Source: Dendrobates tinctorius | Taxonomy: Eukaryota | Length of the DNA: 64,000 nucleotides | NCBI RefSeq assembly: GCF_039654945.1 | Contig: NW_027361798.1 | Location: 3,720,001 to 3,784,000, forward strand | Reading direction: 5' to 3' | Shown here: positions 24,418 to 39,099 of the stretch, piece after piece | Position numbering within the stretch: the first letter of the stretch is position 1 | How the letters are laid out: every line of letters begins with the position of its first letter | Notes under the pieces: model-generated | Databases searched by the model: none | What the model saw: the letters and a program-made list of their open reading frames with translations, nothing else | Told to the model about the DNA's origin: nothing | Program-made: the position numbers and the translations under genes

Positions 24418-27400
24418 TTATTCTGGAAGAGGACTGGCAAATTCCGGTGAGATCCAGGCCTTGTTCATTTTCAGAAAAGTAAGCCGGTCAACGTTATCGA
24501 AGGATAGTCGCGTGCGACGGTCTGTTAGTACAGCACCTGCTGCACTAAAGACGCGTTTCGATAATACACTGGCAGCAGGGAAAGCCAGCACCTCCAATGC
24601 ATACTGGCTAAGCTCTGGCCATGTATCCAGCTTAGAGACCCAAAAATTGACGGGGGAAGAGCCGTCTGGGAGTACACTGAGAGGTCAAGACATGTAGTCT
24701 GTCACCATCTGACGGAAACGTTGCCTCCTGCTGACTGGAGCCATCTGTGATGGTGTAGACATTTGTGGCGGGCACTCAAAACTTTGACTCATTTGGGCCA
24801 TAGTGGTCTTGCCTTGTGCTGTGGCGCTGCCTCTGCTCCCTCTGTGCAGAGCTTCCTCCACTGCCTCGATGCACAGAGCTGCTTTGTAAAGCACTAGCAG
24901 CAGTGCTGTCGGTTGGAATGGAGAACATGATGGACTGCACCAGTGTGTCTTGGTACATTTTACGCTCCCAGTTCAACCGTGAGGCTTTGTAAGTTGTCCC
25001 GGTAGCGAGGATCTAGGAGTGTGTACACCCAATAATCAGCTGTGTTGAGAATATGGGCGATGCGGCGGTCGTTTTTCAGGCACTGCAGCATGAAGTCAAC
25101 CATGTGCTGCAGACTCCCAACTGCCCAAGAACCGCTGTCCCCTGCTTGAGTCTTCATCTCTGCCTGCTCTGCATCACCCCACCGTCGCTGTACATACTGA
25201 CTAGAGCTTTGTGTACCTCCCTCCTGTGGAGAGATGTCTTCCTCCTCCATCGACTCCTCCTCATCCTCCTCACAAAGTGTCCCCTGCCTAGGCCTTTGTG
25301 AGGAACCACGTAGCGCAGACTGTCCAGAAGCAGATGGCATTTGAGACTCCTCATCCTCCACCTCTTCCAGAACCTCCTCCCTTACTGCTTGCAGTGTTTT
25401 TTGAAGCATGCAGATAAGGGGGACAGTCATGCTGACTAGTGCATCATCTGCACTCGCCATCCGCGTGGAATCATCGAAGGCACGCAAAACGAGGCAGATG
25501 TCCTTCATAGAGGCCCACTCAGTGGTGCTGAAGTGTGACCGGTGCACAGTGCGACTTGTTTGCGCCTGATGCAGCTGGTACTCCATGACTGCTGCATGCT
25601 GCTCACACAACCGCTCCAACATAAGTAACATAGAATTCCACCTGGTGGGTAGGTCACATATGATGTGATGTTCCGGAAGGCGTAATTGGCGCTGCAGAGC
25701 AGCAAGGCGCGATCTTGCCATGCTGGAACGACGCAAGTGAGCGCACTCTATGCGGACCTTGTGCAGCAGTGCATCAAGATCCGGATAGTCCCTCAGAAAA
25801 CTCTGCACGACCAAGCTGAGCACATGTGCCAGACATGGGATGTGAGTGAGGTTGCCTAGGCCCAGAGCTGCCACCAGATTTCGGCCATTGTCACACACTA
25901 CCCAGCCTGGCTGGAGATTCGCTGGCACAAACCATATGTCGCTCTCCTGCTTGATGGCATTCCAGAGCTCCTGCGCTGTGTGGCTTCAATTCCCCAATGA
26001 AATTAATTTCAGTACGGCCTGTTGACGTTTGGCCACGGCTGTGCTCATATCGGTCGTAACAGGCTCCTGCTGCGCTGTTTCAGAGGAACTTGAGTAGGAG
26101 GAGAAGTCTATGTGTACAGACTGGATTCCTGCAATCCGTGGAGTTGGCAGAACACGTACAGCGCCACTCTCCAGATCTGTACCCGGCTCCACAACATTGA
26201 CCCAATGGGCAGTGAGGGAAAGGTCTCCTCCCTGTCCATGGTTACTGGTCCACGCATCGGTGGTCAGGTGGACCTTGCTACTGACGGCGTTTAGTAGCGC
26301 ATGTTTTATTTTTCCCTCCACATGTTTTTGCAGGGCAGGGACGGCTTGCCTGCTGAAATAAAAGCGGCTGGGCACAGTGTATTGTGGGAAAGCCAATGCC
26401 ATGAAGTTCCGGAAGGTGTCAGTCTCCACCAGCCTGAATGAGAGCATTTCAAGGGCCAGTAGTTTGGCAATGCTAGCATTCAGAGCCTGTGCTCGGGGAT
26501 GGTTTGCCGAGTATGGCCGCCTTTTCTCCCATGCCTGTGCTACCGATGGCTGTAGAGTGGCCTGGGAGTGTGAGGATGACAGGGAACGTGGTGCTGTGGG
26601 TGGAATGTCACAGGGTCTCCGGACAACAGTGCCAGAGGTTCTTCCTTGGCGATCCTGTGAGGAAGCCGAACCAGCTGTGTGTGAGCTGGAGGAAGAGGCC
26701 CCAACATGAGCTGAAGAGGTGGTAGGTGGTGCTGTACGTTGGCCTACGTCTTCAGTGTGTCTGTGTAACTCCAGCTCGTGCTTGGTCCGCACATGTTTCC
26801 ACATATTTGTGGTATTGAGGTTGCTGACACTTTTCCCTCTTTTGACTTTCTGATGACACAGCTTGCATTTGACAAAGCAAATGTCATCTACAACTGTGTC
26901 AAAAAAGGACCACGCACTGCAAGTCTTGGGAGCGCCCGTTTTGGGTTTTGGAAGAGGAATGCTCCTAACGGGTGCCAAAGTGGAGGCTACAGGCAACCAA
27001 GTCTGCCCCCTCCTGTTTTGGCCGTTCGGGGAATCTCTTCCTCAGAGCTGCTCCCACCACCTTCCTGTTCCTCACGCCATGATGGGTCAAGGACCTCATC
27101 ATCTACACTCCCCTCTTCAAACACCTGCTTCTCCTGGGTAGTCTCGGCAGCACCGTACGCAACAGAAAGTGGCACCTGAGTCTTATCATCATCTGATGCG
27201 TACTGAGGTGTGCTGACCATAGGCACTGGCCCACCCGCCTCTTCAGATTCAGAGGGACAAAGCAGTTGCGCATCACTGCATACTCCCTCTTCTTCACGCT
27301 CTAGAATGCTGCTTGGCTGGCCACCTCTTTCCAAGCCAACAGATTCTGAGAACAGAAGTAAAGATTGAAATGGCTCCTGTCCAGGGCTCTCTGACTGCCT

Positions 27401-27721
27401 GGGCAATTTGGCAGGTGGTGAAGAGACAGATGGTTGCTCTTCGGTGCTCTGGCCCTGAGAGGATGTGGAAGTCATTGAATTCAATGCATTAGCTGCCATC
27501 CATCCGACAACTGCTTCAGTTTGTTCGTCACGCAGCAGTGGGGTATGGCGAGGTCCTAAAAAGCTACGCATAAAGGACTGTTGCCTGCTAAAACTGGGGG
27601 ATGCCGGGTCACTGGTGGCCGCAGCAGGCACAGAATCCCCACGTCCTCTACCTGCTGAATCCCCTCGTCCTCTCCCTGCTGAAACTCCACGACCACGTGC
27701 CTTACTCCCTGCCTTCTTCAT
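24418..27721 (-). pseudogene. hAT-B BED-finger transposase, frameshifted
   Basis: MKKAGSKARGRG start, WSFF..CKLC..MWKH BED finger, TTDAW, CDNG, CLAH, TRWNS, hATC C-terminus; several frameshifts. Confidence 0.9.
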
Positions 27722-29117
27722 CTTGGTAGACTGATAAAGACAGGCAGAAAAGTACAAAGGGGGGCCTTAGTGTGCTTATTCCTGAACAGCTGGTTACAGG
27801 TATAAGAAACACTAATTTTATGAAGTGTGTCGACTACACTTTAATGGGAGCTAATGTGGCCTACACAACTGTCAAGTGGAGTGTTTGGTGAACTTTATTT
27901 ACATGTTTTTTTTTTTTTTAAAAAAACAAAAAGAATGTGACCAAAGATTTAAAAAAGTGAGAGTATCTCTAACTTTTTGGAGCTATTACAATGCAGGAAG
28001 GTAACCTTCAATGCAAAAGATGAGGCTCCAAAAAATAGGCTAATACTAATCTGGCTGTGGCTGCAGGGCACAAGCCAGCAGAAAGGCTCCTCTATCTACT
28101 CCTATATAGTGTTTGCAACCAACCAATGTAGATGGATACGGATGGAAGCACACTAACAGGAGAAAAAAAATCAGGAAAAATGAGCTGCAATAAAACAATG
28201 AAAGGACTATGTATGAGGCAGTGATGCACGCTGAGCGGACTACAACCAGAGGTGGCTGCAGAACACACTACAACGTGAGCTGCACTCACACAGAGACCTC
28301 ACAGACAGCCGTGAACAGTGCAGAGAACTGGGCACTAGCACTGACAGGCTGCAGAAAGGCTCCGCTGTCTACTCCTATAGTGTTTGCAACCAATGTAGAT
28401 GGATACGGATGGATCCACACTAATAGGAGAAATCAGGAAAAATGAGCAGCAATAAAAAAAAAAACATGTACAGTATGAGGCAGTGACGCACGCTGAGCGG
28501 CCTACAACCAGAGGTGGCTGCAGAACACACTACACCGTGAGCTGCACTCACACAGACCTTGCATACAGCTGTGAACAGCGCTGCAAGGCAAAAGAAAGCT
28601 ACACTGATTGCAAAAGTAGCCTGGGTAAAGCACAATATAGCAAATCGCTATTTCTAACTGTCCCTCAGAGTCTTGATCAGCAGCCTGTCCCTAACTGAAT
28701 TCACAGCAGAGTGAACCCTAAATGGGGGCGGCTTTTATAGTGCATCATGACATCATTTCAGCAGCCAATCACAGCCATGCCAATAGTTAACATGCCTACA
28801 TGCCTAACAGGATGTGCCCACACTTCTGAGGATTCCCATTGGCTGAATCAAAGCGAGCGGGCTGATAGCATTATGGGAACTTCCGATTCCAGTACTCGAT
28901 ATGCTAAAAGTATCGGTACTCAGTATCGGAATTACAATACTGCGAATATCGGCCGATACCCGATACTTGCGGTATCGGAATGCTAAACACTAGTCTCTGT
29001 ACAATCACCGGGCCGGATCCTCTGTTGGCGCCGATCCCACCACAGAGCCGATAATCCCAGCCTTGCTTGGTTACCTGAAGCATTATGCGCGTTGTGCCGG
29101 GGTTAGGGTTAGTGGTT

Positions 29118-29402
29118 GGCACAGTGGGTAAAATCCTCTGGTATTAGTGCTTGGCACAGTGGGTATAACCCTCTATTAGTGCTTGGCATAGTGGGTATAA
29201 TCATCTATTTGTGCTTGGCATAGTGGGTATAACCCTCTATTAGTGCTCGGCACAGTGGGAATAATCCTCAATTAGTGCTTTACAGAATTATTATTATCCT
29301 CTTTTAGTGCTTGGCACAGTGGGTAAAAATCCTCTGCTATTAGTACTTGGCTCAATGGGTATAATGCTCTATTAGTGTCTGGCACAGTGAATATAATCCT
29401 CT
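29118..29402 (-). repeat. 32-bp satellite, degenerate
   Basis: Reverse-complement monomers. Confidence 0.9.
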
Positions 29403-30034
29403 GTATATCTCTCTAGTGGGTGACTCAGTGGATATAATTCCTGCTATTAGCAGTTGGCACAGTGGGTATATTCCTGTATATGATAATTTGCTCCGGGATT
29501 TAGATCCGGTGATTGGTGCAAAGTGTGATGTGGGCAGATGTTCTCCTGATCACAGGCAGAGCGACCCTGTATTCCTGCACCGTCCCTCCCTGCCCATGTG
29601 GTGGCGCAGAAACACAGACAGCCCCTCTCATCGCATGTAGGTATCCTGTTGATACCCCAATCCTGAGCCGCTGCTCAGGAGCGTTCACACCGGCGTCCAT
29701 TCATCAGTGCAGCCGCATTCCACTCCTCGCAGCCATCCTACAACCCACAGGATCTCAGCAGCAGGAGACGTGGCACAACCACATTTATTACCAGCACTCG
29801 GATTTCTGCTCTGTAGTAACTGCAGCATCATAGGAGGTGACTGTGCGGCCGATCGATTCCCCCATACACCCGGATCATCTGTGCCCCACCTCACACTGAG
29901 ACTACTCACTGGATCAGCTCCAGAAGAGAACGTCTCCCCCCAATGCGCAACGTCACAAGCCGGTCCCGGCGATCACACCAGCAGCGACCGCTAGACCCCA
30001 GCGGGAATTGCAGCCTCTCACGTGAGATGTGGGC

Positions 30035-30050
30035 GGCTCTGAGAAGAGCC
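30035..30050 (-). terminator. Histone 3' stem-loop (H4 copy 2)
   Basis: Reverse complement of GGCTCTTCTCAGAGCC. Confidence 0.95.
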
Positions 30051-30082
30051 TTTGGGTTGTCAGGACAGAGACGAGAATACAA

Positions 30083-30397
<315 letters not shown>

Positions 30398-30744
30398 TCA
30401 GAAAATCTTCAGACGACTGTAAGGGGTCAGCGCTGAGTCCTGCTTTATATGGAGGCTAGGCGGACCGGAGTGAGAACTGCACAGTGATGACGCGTACCGG
30501 AGATGTTTGTTTTCCTGAATTGGCATTTTCAGCCCCTCCCCTTTCTCGCTGATTGGCTGAGCACAGGACAGTTGGTGATGTGAATTTCCCGCTTCTCTGT
30601 ATTATGCTAACAAGAAAATTCCGCAAACCTCGTCCTGTCAGCGCCGCTGGAGGAACGAGAAATTACTGACAATGTGAGATTCCGGCCTGGAAATAATCCA
30701 ATCTCTGGGAGATCATCATTCAGACGCCTCCACCTGACCTGAGA

Positions 30745-31080
30745 GCTATGAGTGCCTGGCCTAGTGGGTATAATCCTCTATTAGTGATTCACAGTGGGTA
30801 TAATCCCCCATTAGTGCTTGGCACAGTGGGTATAATCCTCTGGTATTAGTGCTTGGCACAGTGGGTATAATCCTCTGGTATTAGTGCTTGGCACAGAGGG
30901 TATAATCCTCTGGTATTAGTGCTTGGCACAGAGGGTATAATCCTCTGTTAGTGTCTGGCACAGTGAATGTAATCGTCTGGGATCAGTGCTTGAGACAGTG
31001 GGTATAATCTGCTATTAGTACTTGGCACTGTGGGTATAATCCTTTTTTAGTGCCTTCTAGCACAGTGGGAATAATAATAA
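30745..31080 (-). repeat. 32-bp satellite upstream of H4 copy 2
   Basis: Reverse-complement monomers. Confidence 0.92.
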
Positions 31081-31414
31081 GGCTGGAGTCACACTAACCT
31101 GCGCAAAATACGCTCCGTATTTTACATGCGTAATACGGATGAATCACCACTAAATAGTGCTCCGTAGGTCATCCGTAAGCAAGGTGAGGTCGCGTATTTT
31201 GCGCATGTGTGTATCCGTATGTAATCCGTATGTAATCCGTATGGCGAGATTTTCTCGCAGCCTTGCAAAATGGACATTTAACGGTTTTGAGGCCTGCAAA
31301 CAATTTAAATCATTAGCCTGCACCCTATTTAGACACTCAGAAACAGGTGGCTGCCTCCATTCTGTCCATTTGTCACCTTGCTTTCACGAGGGGTGTTGGT
31401 GTTCTTTGTGCAGC

Positions 31415-32928
31415 ATAGCAGAGGGTCTGACATTCAATACAACTGAGCAGGTTCTCTTTACCCGGCTTTTGTCACGGCGCTTTGGCCAACCATATCCTGT
31501 GATAGTGGATCCGCGGAGGAGGAGACTCATGTGGGTCCATCCACTTTTGAGGCAACGACTCATAAGAGGTCATTTTCACCGCCTCTATTCTTCTCTGCGG
31601 GAGCATCCGGAGAAATTTTACCAGTACTGTCGAATGATCATTTCCACATTTGATCGCCTCTTGGAGACAGTGCGCCCTGGGATCACCTTTCAGGACACAA
31701 GGATGCGCAAAGCCATATCTGCAGAGGAGCGACTTCTACTCACAATACGTTATGTACTACACAACCACATTCTCTATGTTCATAATGTGTGTGTTAATTT
31801 ATGTTTTTTGGCCTTCTTGGACAGTTTCATACCCTCATCTTACTCAAAATATGTTTCACCTGACACAGCAGAATGTTACATCTAATATGTCCTGCATATC
31901 ACTTAGTCATTGTGCCACCAAATATGTGTGTGTTGTTCTCTCTCATTTCCTACCAAGTTTGGTCGGCATGTAACTGATTTTTTTTTACTTTAGCCATTCT
32001 AAACTGTACTATTTCTGTTGTTCTTCAGCTTCCTGTCCACTGGCCTGTCTTATGTCGCCCTCCACCATGAGTTTCTCATTGGAAAGTCCACCATTTCAGG
32101 CATAGTGAGGTCTACATGTGCAGAAATCTGGACAAGACTCCATCAGGTGGTCATGCCCGAGCCCAGGATGGAAGACTGGTTGAGGATATCAAGGGACTTT
32201 GAGGAGGACTGCCAGTTTCCAAATTGTATTGGGGCCCTGGATGGCAAACATATCAGGGTGCGCAAGCCGCCGAACTCTGGCTCCCAATTCTTCAATTATA
32301 AACAATACTTTTCTGTTGTATTGTTGGCTCTGGTAGACCCTCAATACAAGTTTATAGTTGTTGACATTGGGGCCTATGGAAGGACGGGAGACTCTAGAGT
32401 CTTCAATACTTCATAATGGGTCGGCGGCTACGCACCAACCAGTTGGATCTACCACCACCACGCCAGCTACCAGGCTCCCCCGAACAATCAGTCCCTTATG
32501 TCCTTGTGGCAGATGAGGCCTTTCAGTTATCACGCAATGTCATGAGGCCATATCCCCGGCACAACCTTGACCACAGGCGCAGAATTTTTAACTTGCGCCT
32601 ATCACGTGCTAGGCGACTGGTGGAGTGTTCCTTTGGCATTCTTTGTGCCAAATGGCGGGTACTCCAGTCTGCCATTCAGTTGAGTGAGCAAAATGTGAAT
32701 GAAGTTGTGAAAGCCTGTGTGGTTCTGCATAACTTCACCAGGATACATGATTGTTCCTCCTCTGATGGTGTTGTTCGTAGGCCGGACAATGCGCGCAGGG
32801 TGAGACCACCTATCAACCCTCAACGTAGACCGCTCTCTGGCCTCAAAGTGCGTGATATTTTCACGAATTACTTTATCTCACCTGAGGGGGCAACTTCTTG
32901 GCAAGAGCATGCTGTGTCTATGGTCTAA
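31415..32928 (+). pseudogene. Harbinger DDE transposase (exons 31415-31749, 32029-32928), inactivated
   Basis: WVHP, ERLLLTIR|FLSTG, GALDGKH, ADEAF, VECSFG. Donor reads TTATGT where copy 2 has GTATGT; 1-bp deletion ~32412; ATA at the presumed start. Confidence 0.88.
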
Positions 32929-33844
32929 TTTGTTGCTTTAAGTGTGTCTAAATATATATTACTCAAGCCTTTATGATTCTATGACTGTTTCTTTGCATTG
33001 GTTGGTGTCTGTTAGTATGTTGTGAGGGATTGTGAGAAATCACACAGAGACGTTAACTAGAGTAGACAAATTTTTAGTTTTGCCCTTTTTTTTTTTGTTT
33101 TGCTTAAAGGCAAACATAATTTTGCCATAACACAAATTTGGCAATGGCCAAAATGACCCTTTGTGCCTTCTTTAACTTGGTGTGAAATTAACATTACAGA
33201 AAAAAACTGCAACAAACATTATGCAATAACAACATTGCTGCATGCCTACATTAACCTGGATTAGGCAACAAAGGGTGAGCTCCATCACCTAAATAAAGTC
33301 AATAAGATAACACTCACATTTCCTCATAATGTTTTCCAATCATAGAAAGATTCCACCATGACAGGCAAGGCTACCTCACATCTTTCACACAGATATTACC
33401 TGTCTGTAGAACAGACAATATTTAAGCATGCTATACTGGAAAGGATGAAAATACAAAACTCACTTGTTAAGACATAGAGAGAGCGTGATATTGTGAAGGC
33501 TGGTCGCCTTGATTTGTTTTACTAGAGAATGCTAATAACAAAGGTGACTACTTCACTAAGGCAAGCACGCCTTTCCTAGGCATTAGCAAGTGATTAGTGT
33601 ATTTTCGTCTTTTCAGGTAACAGTATAGCGCATTTAAATATTCTCTTTTATACACACATGTAATATCTGTGTGAAAGGCGTGAGGTAGCGTTGCCTGTCA
33701 TGATGGATTGTTTCATATGTTTGGAAAACATTGTTTAAAAATGTGAGTGTTAAATTATGCTCTAAATGTTGGTGAAGGAGAACACCTGTTTTTTTTGGTC
33801 TAGATTAGAAGCACCAGTTACATGTCACTGGACATCTCCAAACA

Positions 33845-35618
33845 TTAGAATAATAAATCCTCATATGTAGGGGAAGGGGAACGTGGCTGAACAGCCTGTA
33901 GGTGCTGCTGGACATTGTGGCCAACATCGCCCTGTGTGGGGCCATACTGTTGCCCATGATGCTGTTGTTGTCCAGCCTCCTGGGCCTGTTGGGGATACTG
34001 GCCAGAGTAATGATGATGATGGTGAGGGGCTTCTTGTTGGCTCTGGTAGGCCCGTGGCTCATACCCACCAAGATAGTCAGATCGTCCCCAACCAGGTTGG
34101 GACCAGCCTCCAACACTGGGTGGGTACAAGTGGCCATATTGGTGGGGTTGGCTTGATGAAGACATTTGGGGCTGCGGAATAGAAGGATGGGTAGGGGGAG
34201 GAAGGGGTTGAGGTGTTGGCCCACGTATTAGGGGCTGTTCAGACCCTGCTTGAGCAAGCATCTGTGTGGATGGTCTCATGCGCATTACATTTCTTGGTGA
34301 TAGCTGCCACCTCTCCAGAAATTCAAACACCTCATATGGGGTATTGGGGGGGTGCTTGCATCAAGCAGGATCTGAATACATCCCCTAATACGGAGCCTGA
34401 CCTCACAGGTAAGGGCACGGAGATAAAGGGTGAGGCTACGTGCATAGGCCTCCTCACCATCATCTGTAGTGACTCTGGACAAGTAATTCAGCACCCCAGT
34501 GTCCACATTGGTCCTGCTCTCTTGAATAGTGACCTGGCGCCTTCTTCTTATTCGCCGTGATGTAAGAGCAGCCTGTGGGGAGGGCCTGATCTGGGCAGTT
34601 CGGCTGCTGCTCAAGTTGCCCGGCTCTTCCAGGATGGGTGAGGTGGCAGCAGCAGACCGTCCTGGTGGTGTTGTGTGTAAGCCAGCCATTGTGTTGTCCT
34701 GTGATGCCTCATCTTCAGCCATCCTTCTTGTAGGGGGAGAAGATGGGCCAGCCACCTCATCCCCTACAGGATCTATTATGGGCTCTGCCTCTGAGGCCGT
34801 TCCTCGATCCGTAAGGTTGGATTGAGTTCTGTTATGAAATAGAACAGAGGCAAAAATACATCAATATTTTTGTCCCTGTAAAGTATTTGTGTAATGTTTT
34901 TGTGTCATGTGGTGTGAGGTATGTACTTACGGTCTCAGAGCCAGAATTGGGGCGAGGAAGTTCAGCCGGTCATAGTAGATGTATTTGCGCTTTACATGGC
35001 CAGCATCCCCACTCCTGGACCGCTGCTGGCGTTCCTGGCGGTATTGGTCCCGGATGCTTCTCCACCGTTTCATCACATCTTCCACTGCAATGTGACAGGA
35101 AAGATTGTCAAAATCAGATATTTGAGAGGTCACATTTTCTACCAGTAGTCTAGGCATGGGGCCTTCTGGGGTGTGCGTTCTACCCATGGTGGCATATGTA
35201 ATTGGGCCGATACCCAGGGTCTCATTAGCTCCCCTGAAACTAATTTTATTGGCTAGGAGGATGAGGAGCTTGTGGCCTAACCCCTAATTATGGCTGTGAG
35301 AAGCCACGTGTCACATCCTAATGTAACGGCCTCATGAGGCTAATAAAAGTACATGCCCAGGAAGGGGGGGGCTGATTGTAGAGTCATTTTATAGCGCGCG
35401 CTAACGGTAATTATATTTTTATTGTTGCACTTACGAATTTTCTGCTGCTCATCACGTGGTCTGTCACCAAAGTCATGTTACATCTGGCGACAGATGCGCC
35501 TCCATGACGCCTCCTTTCTTGTGCGGTTTGCATAGTTTGCGTCGCGTGGGTCCCATATTTCTGGACGCTCCTGCACCAGCACAATGAGGAGCTCTACATT
35601 AATATATGTGGACGCCAT
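33845..35618 (-). pseudogene. Harbinger MADF/Myb-like partner gene, 3 exons, inactivated
   Basis: Mirror of 36406-38183; TAA at 35478-35480 and a frameshift in the G-run near 34345. Confidence 0.82.
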
Positions 35619-36405
35619 GCTGCTGCTGTACTCCGTGGGGGCGTACTTCCGGGATGTCTGGAGCGCTTTTTGAGCTCATTTACATGTCTACGCTTCCTGA
35701 TGATGGATTGGCCCATTTCCTGTCACCAGCCAAAAGATCTGCGTATTGCTCGCAGGTCACACGTGTGTTCAGGGTGTAATCCGTATTTTTTGCGCACCCA
35801 TAGACTTGCATTGGCGTATTACGGGCGTAGTACGCTGACAGTCCCAGCATGCTGCGAGTGGCACGGAGCGGAGGATACGGAGGAGAAATATACGCCTGGT
35901 GCGAGTGACCCCATAGAGAATCATTGGTCCGTGTCTAATGCGTGCTTTTAGCGCCTCTCACGCACCCGTATTCCTCGCCAGTGTGACTCCGGCCTAATAC
36001 TCTATTAGTGCTTGCCACAGTGAATATAAGGCCGGAGTCACACTGGCGAGGAATACGGGTGCGTGAGAGGCGCTAAAAGCACGCATTAGACACGGACCAA
36101 TGATTCTCTATGGGGTCACTCGCACCAGGCGTATATTTCTCCTCCGTATCCTCCGCTCCGTGCCACTCGCAGCATGCTGGGACTGTCAGCGTACTACGCC
36201 CGTAATACGCCAATGCAAGTCTATGGGTGCGCAAAAAATACGGATTACACCCTGAACACACGTGTGACCTGCGAGCAATACGCAGATCTTTTGGCTTGTG
36301 ACAGGAAATGGGCCAATCCATCATCAGGAAGCGTAGCCATGTAAATGAGCTCAAAAAGCGCTCCAGACATCCCGGAAGTACGCCCCCACGGAGTACAGCA
36401 GCAGC

Positions 36406-38183
36406 ATGGCGTCCACATATATTAATGTAGAGCTCCTCATTGTGCTGGTGCAGGAGCGTCCAGAAATATGGGACCCACGCGATGCAAACTATGCAAACCG
36501 CACAAGAAAGGAGGCGTCATGGAGGCGCATCTGTCGCCAGATGTAACATGACTTTGGTGACAGACCACGTGATGAGCAGCAGAAAATTCGTAAGTGCAAC
36601 CATAAAAATATAATTACCGTTAGCGCGTGCTATAAAATGACTCTACAATCAGCCCCCCCCTTCCTGTGCATGTACTTTTATTAGCCTCATGAGGCCGTTA
36701 CATTAGGATGTGACACGTGGCTTCTCACAGCCATAATTAGGGGTTAGGCCACAAGCTCCTCATCCTCCTAGCCAATAAAATTAGTTTCAGGGGAGCTAAT
36801 GAGACCCTGGGTATCGGCCCAATTACATATGCCACCATGGGTAGAACGCACACCCCAGAAGGCCCCATGCCTAGACTACTGGTAGAAAATGTGACCTCTC
36901 AAATATGTGATTTTGACAATCTTTCCTGTCACATTGCAGTGGAAGATGTGATGAAACGGTGGAGAAGCATCCGGGACCAATACCGCCAGGAACGCCAGCA
37001 GCGGTCCAGGAGTGGGGATGCTGGCCATGTAAAGCGCAAATACATCTACTATGACCGGCTGAACTTCCTCGCCCCAATTCTGGATCTGAGACCGTAAGTA
37101 CATACCTCACACCACATGACACAAAAACATTACACAAATACTTTACAGGGACAAAAATATTGATGTATTTTTGCCTCTGTTCTATTTCATAACAGAACTC
37201 AATCCAACCTTACGGATCGAGGAACGGCCTCAGAGGCAGAGCCCGTTATTGATCCTGTAGGGGATGAGGTGGCTGGCCCATCTTCTCCCCCTACAAGAAG
37301 GATGGCTGAAGATGAGGCATCACAAGACCACACAGTGGCTGGCCTACACACAACACCACCAGGACGGTCTGCAGCTGCAACCTCACCCATCCTGGAAGAG
37401 CCGGGCAACTTGAGCAGCAGCCCAACTGCCCAGATCAGGCCCTCCCCACAGGCTGCTCTTACATCACGGCGAACAAGAAGGCGGCGCCAGGTCACTATTC
37501 AAGAGAGCAGGACCAATGTGGACACAGGGGTGCTGAATTACTTGTCCAGAGTCACTACAGATGATGGTGAGGAGGCCTATGCACGTAGCCTCACCCTTTA
37601 TCTCCGTGCCCTTACCCGTGAGGTCAGGCTCTGTATTAGGGGGTGTATTCAGATCCTGCTTGATGCAAGCACCCCCCCCCCCAATACCCCATATGAGGTG
37701 TTTGAATTTCTGGAGAGGTGGCAGCTCTCACCAAGAAATTTAATGCGCATGAGACCATCCACACAGATGCTTGCTCAAGCAGGGTCTGAACAGCCCCTAA
37801 TACGTGGGCCAACACCTCAAGCCCTTCCTCCCCCTACCCATCCTTCTATTACGCAGCCCCAAATGTCTTCATCAAGCCAACCCCACCAATATGGCCACTT
37901 GTACCCACCCAGTGTTGGAGGCTGGTCCCAACCTGGTTGGGGACGATCTGGCTATCTTGGTGGGTATGAGCCACGGGCCTACCAGAGCCAACAAGAAGCC
38001 CCTCACCATCATCATCATTACTCTGGCCAGTATCCCCAACAGGCCCAGGAGGCTGGACAACAACAGCATCATGGGCAACAGTATGGCCCCACACAGGGCG
38101 ATGTTGGCCACAATGCCCAGCAGCACCCACAGGCTGTTCCTCCACGTTCCCCTTCCCCTACATATGAGGATTTATTATTCTAA
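36406..38183 (+). pseudogene. Harbinger MADF/Myb-like partner gene (exons 36406-36589, 36940-37093, 37196-38183), one in-frame TAA
   Basis: LIVLVQERPEIWD..Y..R..K...W and KRWRSIRDQY MADF motifs; GT-AG introns preserve frame (1326 nt); TAA at 36544-36546. Confidence 0.85.
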
Positions 38184-39099
38184 TGTTTGGAGATGTCCAG
38201 TGACATGTAACTGGTGCTCCTAATCTAGACCAAAAAAAACAGGTGTTCTCCTTCACCAACATTTAGAACATAATTTAACATTCACATTTTTAAACAATGT
38301 TTTCCAAACATATGAAACAATCCATCATGACAGGCAACGCCACCTCACGCCTTTCAGACAGATATTACATGTGTGTACAAAAGAGAATATTTAAATGCGC
38401 TATACTGTTACCTGAAAGGATGAAAATACACTACTCACTTGCTAATGCCTAGGAAAGGCGTGCTTGCCTTAGTGAAGTAGTCACCTTTGTTGTTAGCAAT
38501 CTCTAGTAAAACAAATCAAGGCGACCAGCCTTCACAATATCACGCTCTCTCTATGTCTTAACAAGTGAGTTTTGTATTGTCATCCTTTCCAGTATAGCAT
38601 GCTTAAATATTGTCTGTTCTACAGACAGGTAATATCTGTGTGAAAGATGTGAGGTAGCCTTGCCTGTCATGGTGGAATCTTTCTATGATTGGAAAACATT
38701 ATGAGGAAATGTGAGTGTTATCTTGTTGCCTTTATTTAGGTGATGGAGCTCACCTTTTGTTGCCAAATCCAGGTTAATGTAGGCATGCAGCAATGTTGTT
38801 ATTGCATAATGTTTGTTGCAGATTTTTTCTGTAATGTTAATTTTACACCAAGTTAAAGAAGGCACAAAGGGTCATTTTGGCCATTGCCAAATCTGTGTTA
38901 TGGCAAAATTATGTTTGCCTTTAAGCAAAACAAAAAAAAAAAAGGCAAAACTAAAAATTTGTCTACTCTAGTTAACGTCTCTGTGTGATTTCTCACAATC
39001 CATCACAACATACTAACAGACACCAACCAATGCAATGAAACAGTCATAGAATCATAAAGGCTTGAGTAATATATATTTAGACACACTTAAAGCAACAAA

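Larger units (their letters stand above)
23672..28992 (-). mobile_element. hAT family B copy 1 (left terminus intact, right end lost)
   Basis: Terminus TAGTGTTTAGCATTCCGATACC at 28992, CCGATAC/GTATCGG subterminal repeats, transposase pseudogene. Confidence 0.9.
31081..35994 (+). mobile_element. PIF/Harbinger transposon copy 1, full length
   Basis: TIRs GGCTGGAGTCACACT and AGTGTGACTCCGGCC, TAA TSD (31078-31080 and 35995-35997), convergent transposase and MADF genes. Confidence 0.95.

Noticed and set aside
29101-29112. GGTTAGGGTTAG telomere-like motif at the satellite border
   Set aside because: Only two units; too short to support telomere healing.
31071-31080. Extra TAA triplets beside the Harbinger as excision footprints
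   Set aside because: Harbinger excision is usually precise, and a similar ATT/TAA run occurs in satellite at ~29287, so slippage explains it.
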